DNA from: Candidatus Latescibacterota bacterium
GTDB taxonomy: Bacteria > Latescibacterota > UBA2968 > GCA-2709665
Assembly: GCA_965219995.1 (NCBI GenBank)
Contig: CBDCOX010000002.1
Location: forward strand, 192,001 to 256,000
Length of the DNA stretch: 64,000 nt
Direction of reading: 5' to 3'
Shown here: positions 10,289-20,065 of the stretch, in pieces
Layout: every line of letters begins with the position of its first letter
How positions within the stretch are numbered: position 1 is the first letter of the stretch
The notes under the pieces: model-generated
What the model saw: the letters and a program-made list of their open reading frames with translations, nothing else
Told to the model about the DNA's origin: nothing
The model's database searches: none
Made by a program: the position numbers and the translations under genes

Positions 10289-11152
10289 TCAGGCGCCGTC
10301 GGAATAGGGCATGAGTTTTCGCCCCCGGGTCGGGTGGCGAAGCTTCCTGAGTGCCTTTTCCTTGATCTGCCGGACGCGTTCGCGCGTGAGTCTGAACCGG
10401 ATGCCGATTTCTTCAAGGGTCATTTCGGTATCGCCGCCCAGGCCGAAATAGAGTCGAATGACTTCCCGTTCCCTTTCTTCCAGTGTATCCAGTGCCGCGA
10501 ATATTTCATCTTCAAGTGAATTCCGCATGAGCAAATGGTCTGGAGATTCCTGGTTTTCGTCCGTCATGATTTCCAGAAGGCTGTTCTCCTCGTCTTCGCC
10601 GAAGGTCATGTCGAGTGAGAGGATGCGCTGCCCGCTGGCAAGGGTATCGACCACCTGTTCGACCGTGATGCCCAGCTCCTTCGCGATTTCTTCTTCCGGG
10701 GGGCGCCCGGACGTCTCCTGTTGCCTGTTGTTCACGTAGCGGGAAATGCGGCGCAAGAGGTCCACCCGGTTCAGCGGAAGGCGCACGACCCTGGAATGTT
10801 CCGCCAGGGTTTGCAGGATGGACTGGCGAATCCACCAGACCGCGTAGGAGATGAACTTGAACCCCCTGGTTTCGTCGAACCGCTCCGCCGCGGTGATGAG
10901 CCCGAGGTTGCCGGCGCTGATCAGATCCGCCAGCGGCACGCCCTGGTTCTGATACTCGCGCGCCACGGTTATGACGAATCGAAGATTGGCCTCGACGAGT
11001 TTCCTGCGGGCATCGAGGTCTCCCTTCCTGATGCGGCGCGCAAGGTTGACTTCCTCCTGGGCCGACAGCGGTTCGGACGTGGCAACGTCTTCCAGGTAGC
11101 GGTGCAATGAGTCTTTCACGTCATCGCGGTAGATTCCGCTCTTTCTGGCCAC
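10289..11152 (-). CDS. RNA polymerase sigma70 factor, short RpoD/SigA type without region 1.1
   Basis: ANLRFV, GNLGL, FDETRGFKFISYAVWWIRQSI, TRERVRQIKEKALRKL. GTG start at 11152 with GAGGTG RBS. Confidence 0.93.
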   Translation of the reverse strand: MARKSGIYRDDVKDSLHRYLEDVATSEPLSAQEEVNLARRIRKGDLDARRKLVEANLRFVITVAREYQNQGVPLADLISAGNLGLITAAERFDETRGFKFISYAVWWIRQSILQTLAEHSRVVRLPLNRVDLLRRISRYVNNRQQETSGRPPEEEIAKELGITVEQVVDTLASGQRILSLDMTFGEDEENSLLEIMTDENQESPDHLLMRNSLEDEIFAALDTLEEREREVIRLYFGLGGDTEMTLEEIGIRFRLTRERVRQIKEKALRKLRHPTRGRKLMPYSDGA

Positions 11153-11536
11153 GAAGGTCACCTCGAATGGAACTGCGGATGTCGGATGGGAGCGGGCAAC
11201 CGGCGGGAGGGCGCCAAGGATAGAAATCAAATGTGAATATTCGGCGTACTTTCCTGGATGTCAAGCGAAATCTCCGGCGAAGACCGCGGGTGTCCGTGAC
11301 CGGAATTCCCGGTAACTTCCGCCGGCGCGGACAACGGAATTACCGGTCGTTCCGTTGCGACTTCATCCGGTCGTGCGCTCGACGTCGGCCGCAAGGCCGG
11401 ATCTCCGACCGGCCCCGACTTGACCGTGTCGCGGAATTGACATAAATTACGCATCATTCATTCCTGTGGGCGTTCCTTACACGTCCGATCCGGCGCCGCG
11501 ACGGCGTGCCGGACGAGGGCGAATGGAGGTATCTCC

Positions 11537-12586
11537 GTGGATGTGCGGATTGACCGTGTACGTCTCCTGAAATTGCTGGAAAAACTCCTGACCGCGCATG
11601 CCCCGCCGGGGGCCGAAGGGGAAGTCGACGCCATTGTATTGGACGAGGCGCAACCGTTCGCGGCGTCGGTCTGGCAGGATGCCGCGGAGAGCATCGTGAT
11701 CCATTTCGAGGGCCGCGGGGACGGCGCGCCGGTTGCCGTCACGGCGCACAAAGACGAGATCGCGCTGATGGTCAAGCGTGTCCAGGACGACGGTCGACTG
11801 CGCGTCCGGCCACTGGGCGGTCTCCATCCCTGGGCCGTGGGCGAGGGGCCGGTAGACGTACTGACGGAAGGTGAACCGGTAACGGGCATTCTGTCCGTCG
11901 GGTCGAAACATGTTTCCGACGAGAGTCCGGCGGGCCCTCTGAAATCCGGCAACCCGATAAAATGGGAGACGTTCTGGATCGAGACCAAGCGCTCCGCCGG
12001 CGAACTGAGTGAACTCGGCGTGCATCGCGGCAGCAAGGCCGTCGTGGCAAGGTCCCGAAAAACACCCGTGTACATGGGTGATTTCATCTGCGGTTACAAT
12101 CTGGACTGCAGGGCCGGACTGGCCGTGTTGCTTGAGGCGGCCAGGCATCTGGCGGAAACACCCCCGCCGCGCGACGTTTATCTCATCGCCAGTTCGGAGG
12201 AGGAGATCGGCGCGCAGGGCGCCGCGTTTTCAATCGGACAACTGCCCGCCCAGACCGCGATCGCGCTGGATATCGCCCCGGTGGCCGAGGAGTACCAGAT
12301 CGAGAACTGCGGCAATCCGGTTCTGCTCTGGGGCGACGCGTCGGGCGTTTACCATGAACGTACGTTGCGCCATCTGAACCGGCTGGCAGACCGGATGGGG
12401 TTCCAGACCCAGCCGGCCGTGGTGACTTCCTACGGGAGCGACGCCAGCATTTCAAAGCGCGTCGGGTCGGCCGGCAGGTCGGCCTGTATCGCGTATCCGG
12501 GAGAGAATACACACGGGTACGAGATCTGTTCGGTGGAAGGGATACTGAATACGGCGCGGCTGCTGATGGCGTATCTCGGCGCCTGA
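11537..12586 (+). CDS. M42 family metallopeptidase
   Basis: AHKDEI, LDCRAG, EEEIG, LDIAP and THGYE metal-ligand motifs. Confidence 0.85.
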   Translation: MDVRIDRVRLLKLLEKLLTAHAPPGAEGEVDAIVLDEAQPFAASVWQDAAESIVIHFEGRGDGAPVAVTAHKDEIALMVKRVQDDGRLRVRPLGGLHPWAVGEGPVDVLTEGEPVTGILSVGSKHVSDESPAGPLKSGNPIKWETFWIETKRSAGELSELGVHRGSKAVVARSRKTPVYMGDFICGYNLDCRAGLAVLLEAARHLAETPPPRDVYLIASSEEEIGAQGAAFSIGQLPAQTAIALDIAPVAEEYQIENCGNPVLLWGDASGVYHERTLRHLNRLADRMGFQTQPAVVTSYGSDASISKRVGSAGRSACIAYPGENTHGYEICSVEGILNTARLLMAYLGA

Positions 12587-12596
12587 CGATCCAATT

Positions 12597-13346
12597 ATGC
12601 TATTCGAGAACAAAAAAGGACAATTTCGATTCCTGAAAGGAATTGATCCCTATTCCTGCGGCGTTATTGCGGCGCCCGGATACGAGGTCGTTCACGCGAC
12701 GTTTATGGACCCGCCTCCGTGGCGAGAGGGGTTCCGGAAGGCGGACGGGCATCTTCGTGAATCGGGCCGGGGCCGGCACGCGCTTTGCGGGGTAGAACTG
12801 CGCTGTCCGGAACCGCGTCCGATGGACGGGTTCATCAGGTTCAACGTGGACTATTGCGACCTTCTGGCGTCCTGGGACCTGCACGTGGACGGGATGAATC
12901 CGGTTGCGCGAACGAATGTTGCTCCGGTTCACGGTCCGCCGGGTGAGACGGTGATGCACGCATTCTCGTACACCGTGCCCTGTCGTGAACAGGAAAACGG
13001 GACATTCGTCATCGCGGGTGCGGGTGAATTGCGTGAGGGCGTGCTCACCGACGACGCCATCGTGAGGCGTGGCGAGACAGGCTCCGGCGCATTGCGGGAA
13101 AAAGCGGCGTACGTGGTGCGGGTGATGGCGGATCGGCTGGCGGGCCTGGGCGCGGACTGGGACCGGGTCACGACGGTGGACGTCTACACGGATCACCCGC
13201 TTGAGGGCATTCTGGACGAGGTCGTGCTTCCCGGCGTCGGAGGGGCGCAACGTCAGGGATTCCGGCTGTACCGGGCGCGGCCGCCGGTGATCGAGATCGA
13301 ATTCGAGATGGATGTCCGGGGCATCAGGCGGGAAATCCGCATCTGA
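12597..13346 (+). CDS. CnbZ-like (2-amino-5-chloromuconate deaminase family) protein
   Basis: PYSCGV, LCGVELR, NPVARTNVAP, FSYTVP, GAGE and RPPV.EIEFEMDVRG motifs. Confidence 0.7.
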   Translation: MLFENKKGQFRFLKGIDPYSCGVIAAPGYEVVHATFMDPPPWREGFRKADGHLRESGRGRHALCGVELRCPEPRPMDGFIRFNVDYCDLLASWDLHVDGMNPVARTNVAPVHGPPGETVMHAFSYTVPCREQENGTFVIAGAGELREGVLTDDAIVRRGETGSGALREKAAYVVRVMADRLAGLGADWDRVTTVDVYTDHPLEGILDEVVLPGVGGAQRQGFRLYRARPPVIEIEFEMDVRGIRREIRI

Positions 13347-13408
13347 GGTCATCCGCCGCCTGCAAAGGCGCCCAGCGGTTGCCACACCCGCGGCGCGGCG
13401 GCATCCGG

Positions 13409-13449
13409 AAACCGGGACGAACGAACCGTTCGTCCCGGTTTTATTTTTA
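13409..13449. terminator. Bidirectional intrinsic terminator
   Basis: 15-bp stem AAACCGGGACGAACG-aac-CGTTCGTCCCGGTTT with a T-rich tail, between convergent genes. Confidence 0.85.
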
Positions 13450-13451
13450 TT

Positions 13452-14420
13452 CTACGGGATCAGGAGTACTTTTCCCGTTGTCTGTCTGCCTTCAAGGAGT
13501 CGATGGGCTTCCGAGGCGTCCGACAGCGGAAGCGTGCGGTCGATGCGGAGACGGAGTTTGCCGGTCTGTATCCAGCCAAGCACGTCGTTGGCGCGACGTT
13601 GCAGCTCCTCCCGGGTCGCAGTGTAGTCGACAAGGGTGGGGCGCGTCAGGAAGATTGAGCCGAGACGGCTGAGCAGCAGCGGGTCGACCGGCGGCACCGG
13701 GCCGCTGGCATTGCCGAACAGCACGAGGTAGCCCCTGGGGCGCAGGCAATTCATGCTCTTTTCCCACGTGGTCTTCCCCACTGAGTCGTATGCGACGTGA
13801 ACGCCCTGGCCGTCCGTGAGACGTTTGACTTCGGCTTCGAAATCCTGTTCGGTATATCGTATGACTTCATCCGCTCCGGCGCCCAGGGCCAGTTGCGCTT
13901 TCTCCTCCGTCGACACCGTCCCGATGACGCGCGCGCCCCGCATTTTCGCCATCTGAACCAGAATGAGTCCTACGCCTCCCGCGGCCGCGTGAATGAGTAC
14001 GGTGTCGTCTTCCAGGACGTTGCACGTACTGTGAACGAGGTAATGGGACGTCATCCCCTGGAGCATGGCGGCCGCGCCTGCGGCGGCGTCCACGCCATCG
14101 GGGAGTCTGACGAGTCTCTCCTGAGGCGCTGAGACGGTTTCGGCGTAGGAGGCGGGAACTCCCGCGTACGCCACGGCGTCCCCGGGTTGGAATTCGGTGG
14201 CGTCCGGGCCAAGAGCCGCCACCGTACCCGCGGCTTCGAGTCCCGGGATGAAGGGCAGGTCCAGCGGATAGAGGCCCGTGCGATGGTAGGCGTCAATATA
14301 GTTCAGACCGATGGCATCGATTCTCACCAATACCTCGCCAGGGCCGGGTTCGGGATTCGGTACGTCTTTGAACAGGAGGACCTCGGGTCCGCCGGTGCGG
14401 GAAACCTGGATCGCCTTCAT
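13452..14420 (-). CDS. qor: NADPH:quinone oxidoreductase (zeta-crystallin family)
   Basis: GGPEVL, GLNYID, HAAAGGVG, YDSVGK, LTRPTL, TTGKVLL. ATG at 14420. Confidence 0.92.
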   Translation of the reverse strand: MKAIQVSRTGGPEVLLFKDVPNPEPGPGEVLVRIDAIGLNYIDAYHRTGLYPLDLPFIPGLEAAGTVAALGPDATEFQPGDAVAYAGVPASYAETVSAPQERLVRLPDGVDAAAGAAAMLQGMTSHYLVHSTCNVLEDDTVLIHAAAGGVGLILVQMAKMRGARVIGTVSTEEKAQLALGAGADEVIRYTEQDFEAEVKRLTDGQGVHVAYDSVGKTTWEKSMNCLRPRGYLVLFGNASGPVPPVDPLLLSRLGSIFLTRPTLVDYTATREELQRRANDVLGWIQTGKLRLRIDRTLPLSDASEAHRLLEGRQTTGKVLLIP

Positions 14421-14439
14421 GGAAATCTCCTTGCCGGGT

Positions 14440-16653
14440 TCAGTACCGTGCGTTAATGCCGAGTGAAATGCGTCTGGGCGACCCCAGATTGCGTTCCACA
14501 ACGGCGTAGTTGTACGCCAGCGCATTATGTGCCTTGAGAACGATCTGGACGTTGCCGATGGCGTACGCGGTTGAGAGGTCGAGCAGGTAGACCGGAATCA
14601 GATCGCGGTTCCCTTCCGGCAGGAGTCCGGATGCACGCAGGATCCGGCTCCTGAACCTGAATCGGCATTCCAGCGTCAGGCGGCCCGACGTGGTTCGCGC
14701 GCCGGCCGAGGCAATGTGCCTTGGGCGATACGGCAGCGGCAGGTCGCCGCCGGGCAGATTCTCGATCGCGCTTATAAAGGTGTAGTTACCTTCCAGACGA
14801 ACCGGCCCCATCGCTGCGGCCAGACTCGTCTCGATACCGGCCGTCCTGCCCATGGCGACGTTCCTGAAACTGACGCGCCCTGTCGCGTCCGGACGGGCTT
14901 CGACAAGGTCCTCATAGCGGCTCCAGAACGCCGCGGCGTTGACGTGGGACCACGACGTGGGCCGGTGGTCCAGGGCGACTTCGGTGGAGATGCTTCGTTC
15001 CGCCACGAGGCCGGTATTGGGCACGATGGGAATCGCGGAGAAGGTGGCGTTGGTGTAGATCTCGGCGATCGAAGGGCCTCTGAAGCCCCATCCCAGGGTC
15101 GCGCGCAACGTGGTGCGCCTGGAGGGTCGATACGAGAAGCCCAGCTTGGGGCTGATGCGGTTCTCGGCGCCGCGGTCGTCGGTGCGGTACCGATCGTAGC
15201 GGCTGCCGCCTGACAGCGTCATCCGATCCGTGGCTTCGATTTCGGCCTGCGCATAGGCGGCAAGGTTGAGCCCGGTGTGATTGCCGAAGAGGTGATCCGA
15301 TGAATGCACGATGTCGTGAATCCACTGAGTTCCAACGGTAAGTGCCACCTTCCCGGAAGGCTGGAGGTCCAACTGGAGTTCCTGCCCGACCTTGTAGGCT
15401 TCCGACGAGGTCCGACCGCCGATTTCGTTGTCGAATTGCGTGCGGTACACAAACGATTTGAGTCTATAGCCCGTCTGCGGGCCGAGCAGGTGATAGAAAT
15501 CGACGTTCAGGTTCAGCTTCTGGGATACGGTCTTGTCGTTCTTGGCGCTGTCGGGCACTTCCAGGGGCTCGTTTCGGTCCTTCCACAGGACGAAGGTACC
15601 GTGATCGTCCAGGGCCCAGTTTGAGGTCGCGGTGATCGATGCCGCGGCCTTGAATCGATGTCTGAGCTTGCCGAAGAGTTTGTATCTCCGGTGCCAGGCG
15701 TTTTCTCGGAATCCGTTGGTCCATTTTTGTCCGGCCCCCAGAATGAACCCGGTATTGCCGGACTGCCGGGAATGGCTGATGTCCGTTCCCTCGAAATACC
15801 GCCCGCTGGACGACCATTGCCACTCCTGATGGCCGGGTTCGCTGTATCGACCGCCCAGAAACCGGATGTGCGTCTCCGGCTCGGTCGACGGATCCCGGGT
15901 AATGACATTGATGATGCCGCCGAGCGCGCCGGTGCCGTAAAGCGCGGATCCGGCGCCCTTGATGACTTCCACGCGTGCAATCTGGTCGATGGGGATGGCG
16001 TCCCACTTGACCTCGCCGTTGTCCGCGGACAGCGCCGGAAAGCCGTCGATCAGCATCAGCACGCGGCTTCCCGTTCCCCTGGAATAACCGCTTGACCCCC
16101 TGATGTTGACCTGACCTCCCACCATATTCACGCCGGGCACATATTCCAGCGACTCGTTCAGGGTGACGGAATTGTCGGACTGGATTTCCTCAGAGCCGAT
16201 CAGCGAGACGCTTGTTGGCGCGTCGACGACATTTCGCGCACGTTTGCTGGCGGAAACCACAATTGCGGGCATGTGGATCGGCGCGGACGAGAGTCCTACG
16301 GACAGCCGGAGGGTATCGTTCGCGGCAACCCTAACGTCTTTCGACATATGAGGCGCGAAACCCAGCAGGGAGACGGAGACGGTATAGACGCCCGGCGGCA
16401 ATCCGGTCAGGCCGAATTCTCCGTCGACGTCGGATTCGGTTCCGATGCCGGTACCCAGCAATACGACGCTGGCGCCGGGCAGCGGTTCACCTGTCGCCTC
16501 GTCGGTTATTCGTCCCGACATCGCGCCGGAGGTCTCCGCCTGCAGCGTTGAGCCCCGACAGAGAGGGCAGAGGAGGCAGAAAACCAGTGCAAATATGCCG
16601 ATCCGGCCGGTCGGCGCCCTGCACGAGGTCGAAGTAGGACTGAATGTCGACAT
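14440..16653 (-). CDS. TonB-dependent receptor with N-terminal carboxypeptidase-regulatory-like domain
   Basis: TGEPLPGASV domain, plug motifs NIRGSSG and RVEVIKGAGSALYGTGALGGIINVIT, barrel ending in aromatic Y. Start uncertain. Confidence 0.92.
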   Translation of the reverse strand: MSTFSPTSTSCRAPTGRIGIFALVFCLLCPLCRGSTLQAETSGAMSGRITDEATGEPLPGASVVLLGTGIGTESDVDGEFGLTGLPPGVYTVSVSLLGFAPHMSKDVRVAANDTLRLSVGLSSAPIHMPAIVVSASKRARNVVDAPTSVSLIGSEEIQSDNSVTLNESLEYVPGVNMVGGQVNIRGSSGYSRGTGSRVLMLIDGFPALSADNGEVKWDAIPIDQIARVEVIKGAGSALYGTGALGGIINVITRDPSTEPETHIRFLGGRYSEPGHQEWQWSSSGRYFEGTDISHSRQSGNTGFILGAGQKWTNGFRENAWHRRYKLFGKLRHRFKAAASITATSNWALDDHGTFVLWKDRNEPLEVPDSAKNDKTVSQKLNLNVDFYHLLGPQTGYRLKSFVYRTQFDNEIGGRTSSEAYKVGQELQLDLQPSGKVALTVGTQWIHDIVHSSDHLFGNHTGLNLAAYAQAEIEATDRMTLSGGSRYDRYRTDDRGAENRISPKLGFSYRPSRRTTLRATLGWGFRGPSIAEIYTNATFSAIPIVPNTGLVAERSISTEVALDHRPTSWSHVNAAAFWSRYEDLVEARPDATGRVSFRNVAMGRTAGIETSLAAAMGPVRLEGNYTFISAIENLPGGDLPLPYRPRHIASAGARTTSGRLTLECRFRFRSRILRASGLLPEGNRDLIPVYLLDLSTAYAIGNVQIVLKAHNALAYNYAVVERNLGSPRRISLGINARY

Positions 16654-17053
16654 TCTTCGTGGTTTCACCTGTGTGAACCTGCACCGGTGTGGGCAGGGTA
16701 TCGTTTCCAACGTGGTAACACCCGAGCAACGAGTCGAAGTTCCAGAACCCGCCCCGGGGCCGCCAGGCCACCACAATCCACTCATAGGTGCCCGGCTCTT
16801 CCAGGGGGACGAAATATTCGTACCGGACCGCCCCGATCGTCACGGTGGTGTCCCATCCGGCAATATTGAAGAAATCGGCCAGGGTTTGCGGGCGACGGCG
16901 ATAGACCGCCACGGCGACGTCGTCGGTTTCCGGCGGCCACTCGCCGTTGAATATGAGGGTACCCTTGATGCCGGTACCGTCGGGCGGCCCCGGACCCAGG
17001 CCGCCGCCGCAGGCAATGAGCACGAGAAGGACCGTTGGCAGGAAGCGTTTCAT
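16487..17053 (-). CDS. Hypothetical lipoprotein
   Basis: MKRFLPTVLLVLIAC lipobox and a beta-rich body, directly upstream of and overlapping the TonB receptor. Confidence 0.75.
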   Translation of the reverse strand: MKRFLPTVLLVLIACGGGLGPGPPDGTGIKGTLIFNGEWPPETDDVAVAVYRRRPQTLADFFNIAGWDTTVTIGAVRYEYFVPLEEPGTYEWIVVAWRPRGGFWNFDSLLGCYHVGNDTLPTPVQVHTGETTKNVDIQSYFDLVQGADRPDRHICTGFLPPLPSLSGLNAAGGDLRRDVGTNNRRGDR

Positions 17054-17202
17054 GACGGATACGCGGCGCGCAGGCGGGGATCCGAAGGGTCATCCGAAAT
17101 CCGCGTCGCCGCCCCGGTTTTGCTTGACACGCCCGGGGGTAAGAAATAAGTTCCAACAGGTCGAAACGGTGCGTGTTCTGCATTCATTCCGGAGGTCGCT
17201 CA

Positions 17203-18264
17203 ATGACTGTTTCATCGTTGCGGGAAGCCAAACGGGCGGCGGGCGCGGTTTTCGAACGAATCGACGGTATCGAGGCGGCTGCGCATTACGGCGATACCGC
17301 GTCCGAATACGCTTCCGTTCGAGAGGCCGTGGGGCTGGTCGATCGGAGCAGCCGGGGCCACCTGCTGGTTACCGGCTCGGACCGCACGCGGTTCTTGCAC
17401 GGGATGCTGAGCAATACGGTCGAGGGGCTGGAAACCGGGGCGGGCAACTATTCGACGATGACCACGCCACGGGGACAGACGCTGACGGATGTATGGGTTT
17501 ATCACCGCGCGGAAGGGTTCCTGCTTGAGACGGAGCCGGGATTGCAGGAAAAACTGATGGCGTCCCTGGACAGATACCTGATCGCGGACGACGTCGATAT
17601 CAAGGATGTCACCGGGGCGCAGGCCACGTTGGGCGTACACGGACCGGGCTCCCGCGCCCTGATCGCGCGTTTCCTGGGCGAGGTGCCCGTCGATCTCGCG
17701 GATTGCCATACCGTTTTCCGGACCCTGGGACGCGCGGATGTGTCCGTGACCGCGCGCGGCTATACCGGAGAACCCGGCTACGATCTCCGGATAGCGGCGG
17801 CCCTGGCCTCGCGCCTCTGGAGTGCGTTGACTTCCGCGGGCGCGCGGCCCGTGGGCGCCCGGGCACTGGAAGCATTGCGTATAGAAGCCGGCATTCCACG
17901 CTATGGCGTGGACGTGGACGAACGGGTCGTGCCCCTGGAAGCGGGCCTCTATCACGCGGTCGATTTCGCGAAAGGATGTTTTATCGGACAGGAAACGATC
18001 GCCAAAATGCACAATCTGGGCAAGCCCAGGCGGTATCTGGTTGGTCTCCGACTGGACTCGGAAATCGTCCCGCCCGCTGAAACACCGCTTCGAGACGGCG
18101 AACGACAGATCGGGTGGATCACGAGCGGCCTGCACTCCCCGGCCCTGCGGCGGGTGGTTTCGCTGGCCTCCGTCCGCCGGGGTTTCGAACGGCCCGGCCG
18201 GATGCTGTCCGTAGATGGCGGGGGCCGCGCCGAGGTTGTCGAACTGCCGTTCATACGGCGATAG
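17203..18264 (+). CDS. ygfZ: Folate-binding Fe-S maturation protein YgfZ (GcvT fold)
   Basis: LRIEAGIP and the KGCFIGQE YgfZ signature. GGAGG RBS. Confidence 0.85.
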   Translation: MTVSSLREAKRAAGAVFERIDGIEAAAHYGDTASEYASVREAVGLVDRSSRGHLLVTGSDRTRFLHGMLSNTVEGLETGAGNYSTMTTPRGQTLTDVWVYHRAEGFLLETEPGLQEKLMASLDRYLIADDVDIKDVTGAQATLGVHGPGSRALIARFLGEVPVDLADCHTVFRTLGRADVSVTARGYTGEPGYDLRIAAALASRLWSALTSAGARPVGARALEALRIEAGIPRYGVDVDERVVPLEAGLYHAVDFAKGCFIGQETIAKMHNLGKPRRYLVGLRLDSEIVPPAETPLRDGERQIGWITSGLHSPALRRVVSLASVRRGFERPGRMLSVDGGGRAEVVELPFIRR

Positions 18265-18389
18265 GGGGGCGACCCGGCAACGGCGCATCCTCCAACGATA
18301 ACGGCGAAAATCGGCGATGTCAAGGGCTTTTTGTCTCAGGAGCACGCGGTTGCAGGCAAGGTCCCCCCAGGCCTGAATCGAGAGGGTTG

Positions 18390-18418
18390 TTGACTCTGCA
18401 CATTTGTTCATTTATATT
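18390..18418 (+). promoter_or_regulatory. Putative sigma70 promoter of the folB-panC operon
   Basis: TTGACT-17 nt-TATATT. Confidence 0.6.
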
Positions 18419-18524
18419 GATAAACCAATGAAGGGTCGGGCATCGGACGGCCACCGCGCCGCAGGCCGGATCACAAGGGGCTGGCTAGGGTTCCGACATC
18501 GTCTGGAGGCGGCTGAAACAGGCA

Positions 18525-18881
18525 ATGGGAAACGACGTGTTGCGCCTGAGAAACATGAAGTTCTTTGCCTACCATGGGCTGATTCCCGAAGAGGCGAAAC
18601 TGGGGCAGTGGTTCGAAGTGGACGTGGAAATCTTCTCGGACTTCCGGGGCTATGCCCGTGGCGGGGAGACCGGCGCCGTCGACTATTCACAGGTTTACGA
18701 AACGACGAAGGCGATCGTCACCGAAGAGCGATTCGGTCTGGTGGAAGCGCTCGCGGACCGGATCGCGGAGGTGCTGCAGTCGAGCCACCAAATTGAGCGA
18801 CTGCGCGTTCGGGTGCGCAAACCCAATCCGCCCATCCAGGCGATGTTCGACGGCGTCGAGGCCGAAGTGGAGCGAGGATGA
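18525..18881 (+). CDS. folB: Dihydroneopterin aldolase
   Basis: FFAYHG..EE..GQ.F.VD, VDYS, LVEALA, VRKP. Confidence 0.92.
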   Translation: MGNDVLRLRNMKFFAYHGLIPEEAKLGQWFEVDVEIFSDFRGYARGGETGAVDYSQVYETTKAIVTEERFGLVEALADRIAEVLQSSHQIERLRVRVRKPNPPIQAMFDGVEAEVERG

Positions 18882-18884
18882 CCC

Positions 18885-19397
18885 ATGGCGCTCTCCTACA
18901 TCGGTATGGGGGCGAACCAGAACGACCGGGCGGCAGCGTTGCGCCGGGCCGCGTCCACGATCCACGAACACAACAGACTCGACGTTAAGCATGCCTCGCC
19001 GGTTTATGAAACCGCGCCGATCGGGGTCACCGGGCAGCCGATGTATCTGAATGCGGTGCTTGCGGTGGAAACGGATCTCGAACCTCGTGCGCTGCTGGCG
19101 TGTCTGTTGGCTGTCGAAAGGAGGTTCGGGAGAGTCCGGAAACAGAGGTGGGGCCCCCGTTCCCTCGATCTGGACATCCTCCTGTACGGGAATGAGATAA
19201 TCCGTGTTCGGGGTCTTCAAATCCCCCATCCCAGGTTGCACGAGCGGGCATTTGTGCTGATTCCGCTGCGCGAGCTGGCGCCGCGCGGCCGCCATCCCGT
19301 GTTCAACAGGACCTTTTCGGAATTGGCCGAATCGATCGTTCCGACGCAGGAAGTGAGAAAGCTCGACGGGGTCTCGCTGCTGTCGGTTTGCACGTAA
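18885..19397 (+). CDS. folK: 2-amino-4-hydroxy-6-hydroxymethyldihydropteridine diphosphokinase
   Basis: YETAP, YLNAV, RWGPRSLDLDILLY, PHPRLHERAFVL. Confidence 0.96.
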   Translation: MALSYIGMGANQNDRAAALRRAASTIHEHNRLDVKHASPVYETAPIGVTGQPMYLNAVLAVETDLEPRALLACLLAVERRFGRVRKQRWGPRSLDLDILLYGNEIIRVRGLQIPHPRLHERAFVLIPLRELAPRGRHPVFNRTFSELAESIVPTQEVRKLDGVSLLSVCT

Positions 19398-19408
19398 AGG
19401 CGTCATTT

Positions 19409-20050
19409 GTGGCGGTACGATATCTCGCAATCGAAGGGCCCCCCTGCGTGGGCAAGACCGATCTCGCACGGCTCCTCGGTAGATCGATGAAAGCGCGCCT
19501 GGTCCTTGAAGAGGCTGAAGAGAATCCGTTTCTGCCCCTGTTTTACGAGAATCCGGAGCACTACGGGTTTCAGACGCAGGTCTTTTTCATGTTGCACAGG
19601 TACAGGCAGCAGCAGGATCTGCATCAGATGGACCTGTTCGAGTCCACGGTGGTCAGCAACTACCTGTTGGCACGGAGCGGCATATACGCCCACGTCTGCC
19701 TGAACGACGCCGAACTTTCGCTCTACGAACGCGTGGCCGAGACGATCCGGGAAGAGGCGCCGAAGCCCGATCTGGTCATCTACCTCCACAATTCAACGGA
19801 GAGCCTCCTTCAACGAGTTCGCCGGCAGACGCCCTCTTACGAGCGGCTGATGACCGAATCTTACCTTGAAAGGCTCGTTGAGGCGTACACCCATTTCTTC
19901 TTTCACTATACGGAAACGCCGTTGCTCATCATCAATGTGTCGCAGGTCGACTTCGTTCGGAATCCTGAGGGTCTGGAGGAACTGCTGCAGCAGGTGAAGG
20001 CGCCGCCTGCCGGCACCCGCTACTATCGTCCGTCTCGCAATGAGGCCTGA
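19409..20050 (+). CDS. Deoxynucleoside kinase
   Basis: IEGPPCVGKT, ENPFL, QVFF..RY.QQ, PDLVIYL. Start may be 19388. Confidence 0.88.
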   Translation: MAVRYLAIEGPPCVGKTDLARLLGRSMKARLVLEEAEENPFLPLFYENPEHYGFQTQVFFMLHRYRQQQDLHQMDLFESTVVSNYLLARSGIYAHVCLNDAELSLYERVAETIREEAPKPDLVIYLHNSTESLLQRVRRQTPSYERLMTESYLERLVEAYTHFFFHYTETPLLIINVSQVDFVRNPEGLEELLQQVKAPPAGTRYYRPSRNEA

Positions 20051-20065
20051 TCGCGGAATACCGTC

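Noticed and set aside
11230-11530. Structured RNA between the sigma factor and the M42 peptidase
   Set aside because: Only weak hairpins; adequately explained as a divergent promoter region.
17203-18264. Glycine cleavage T protein gcvT
   Set aside because: The KGCFIGQE motif indicates YgfZ, and no gcvH or gcvP is adjacent.
18425-18480. ZTP (pfl) or THF riboswitch upstream of folB
   Set aside because: The core consensus elements of both are absent.
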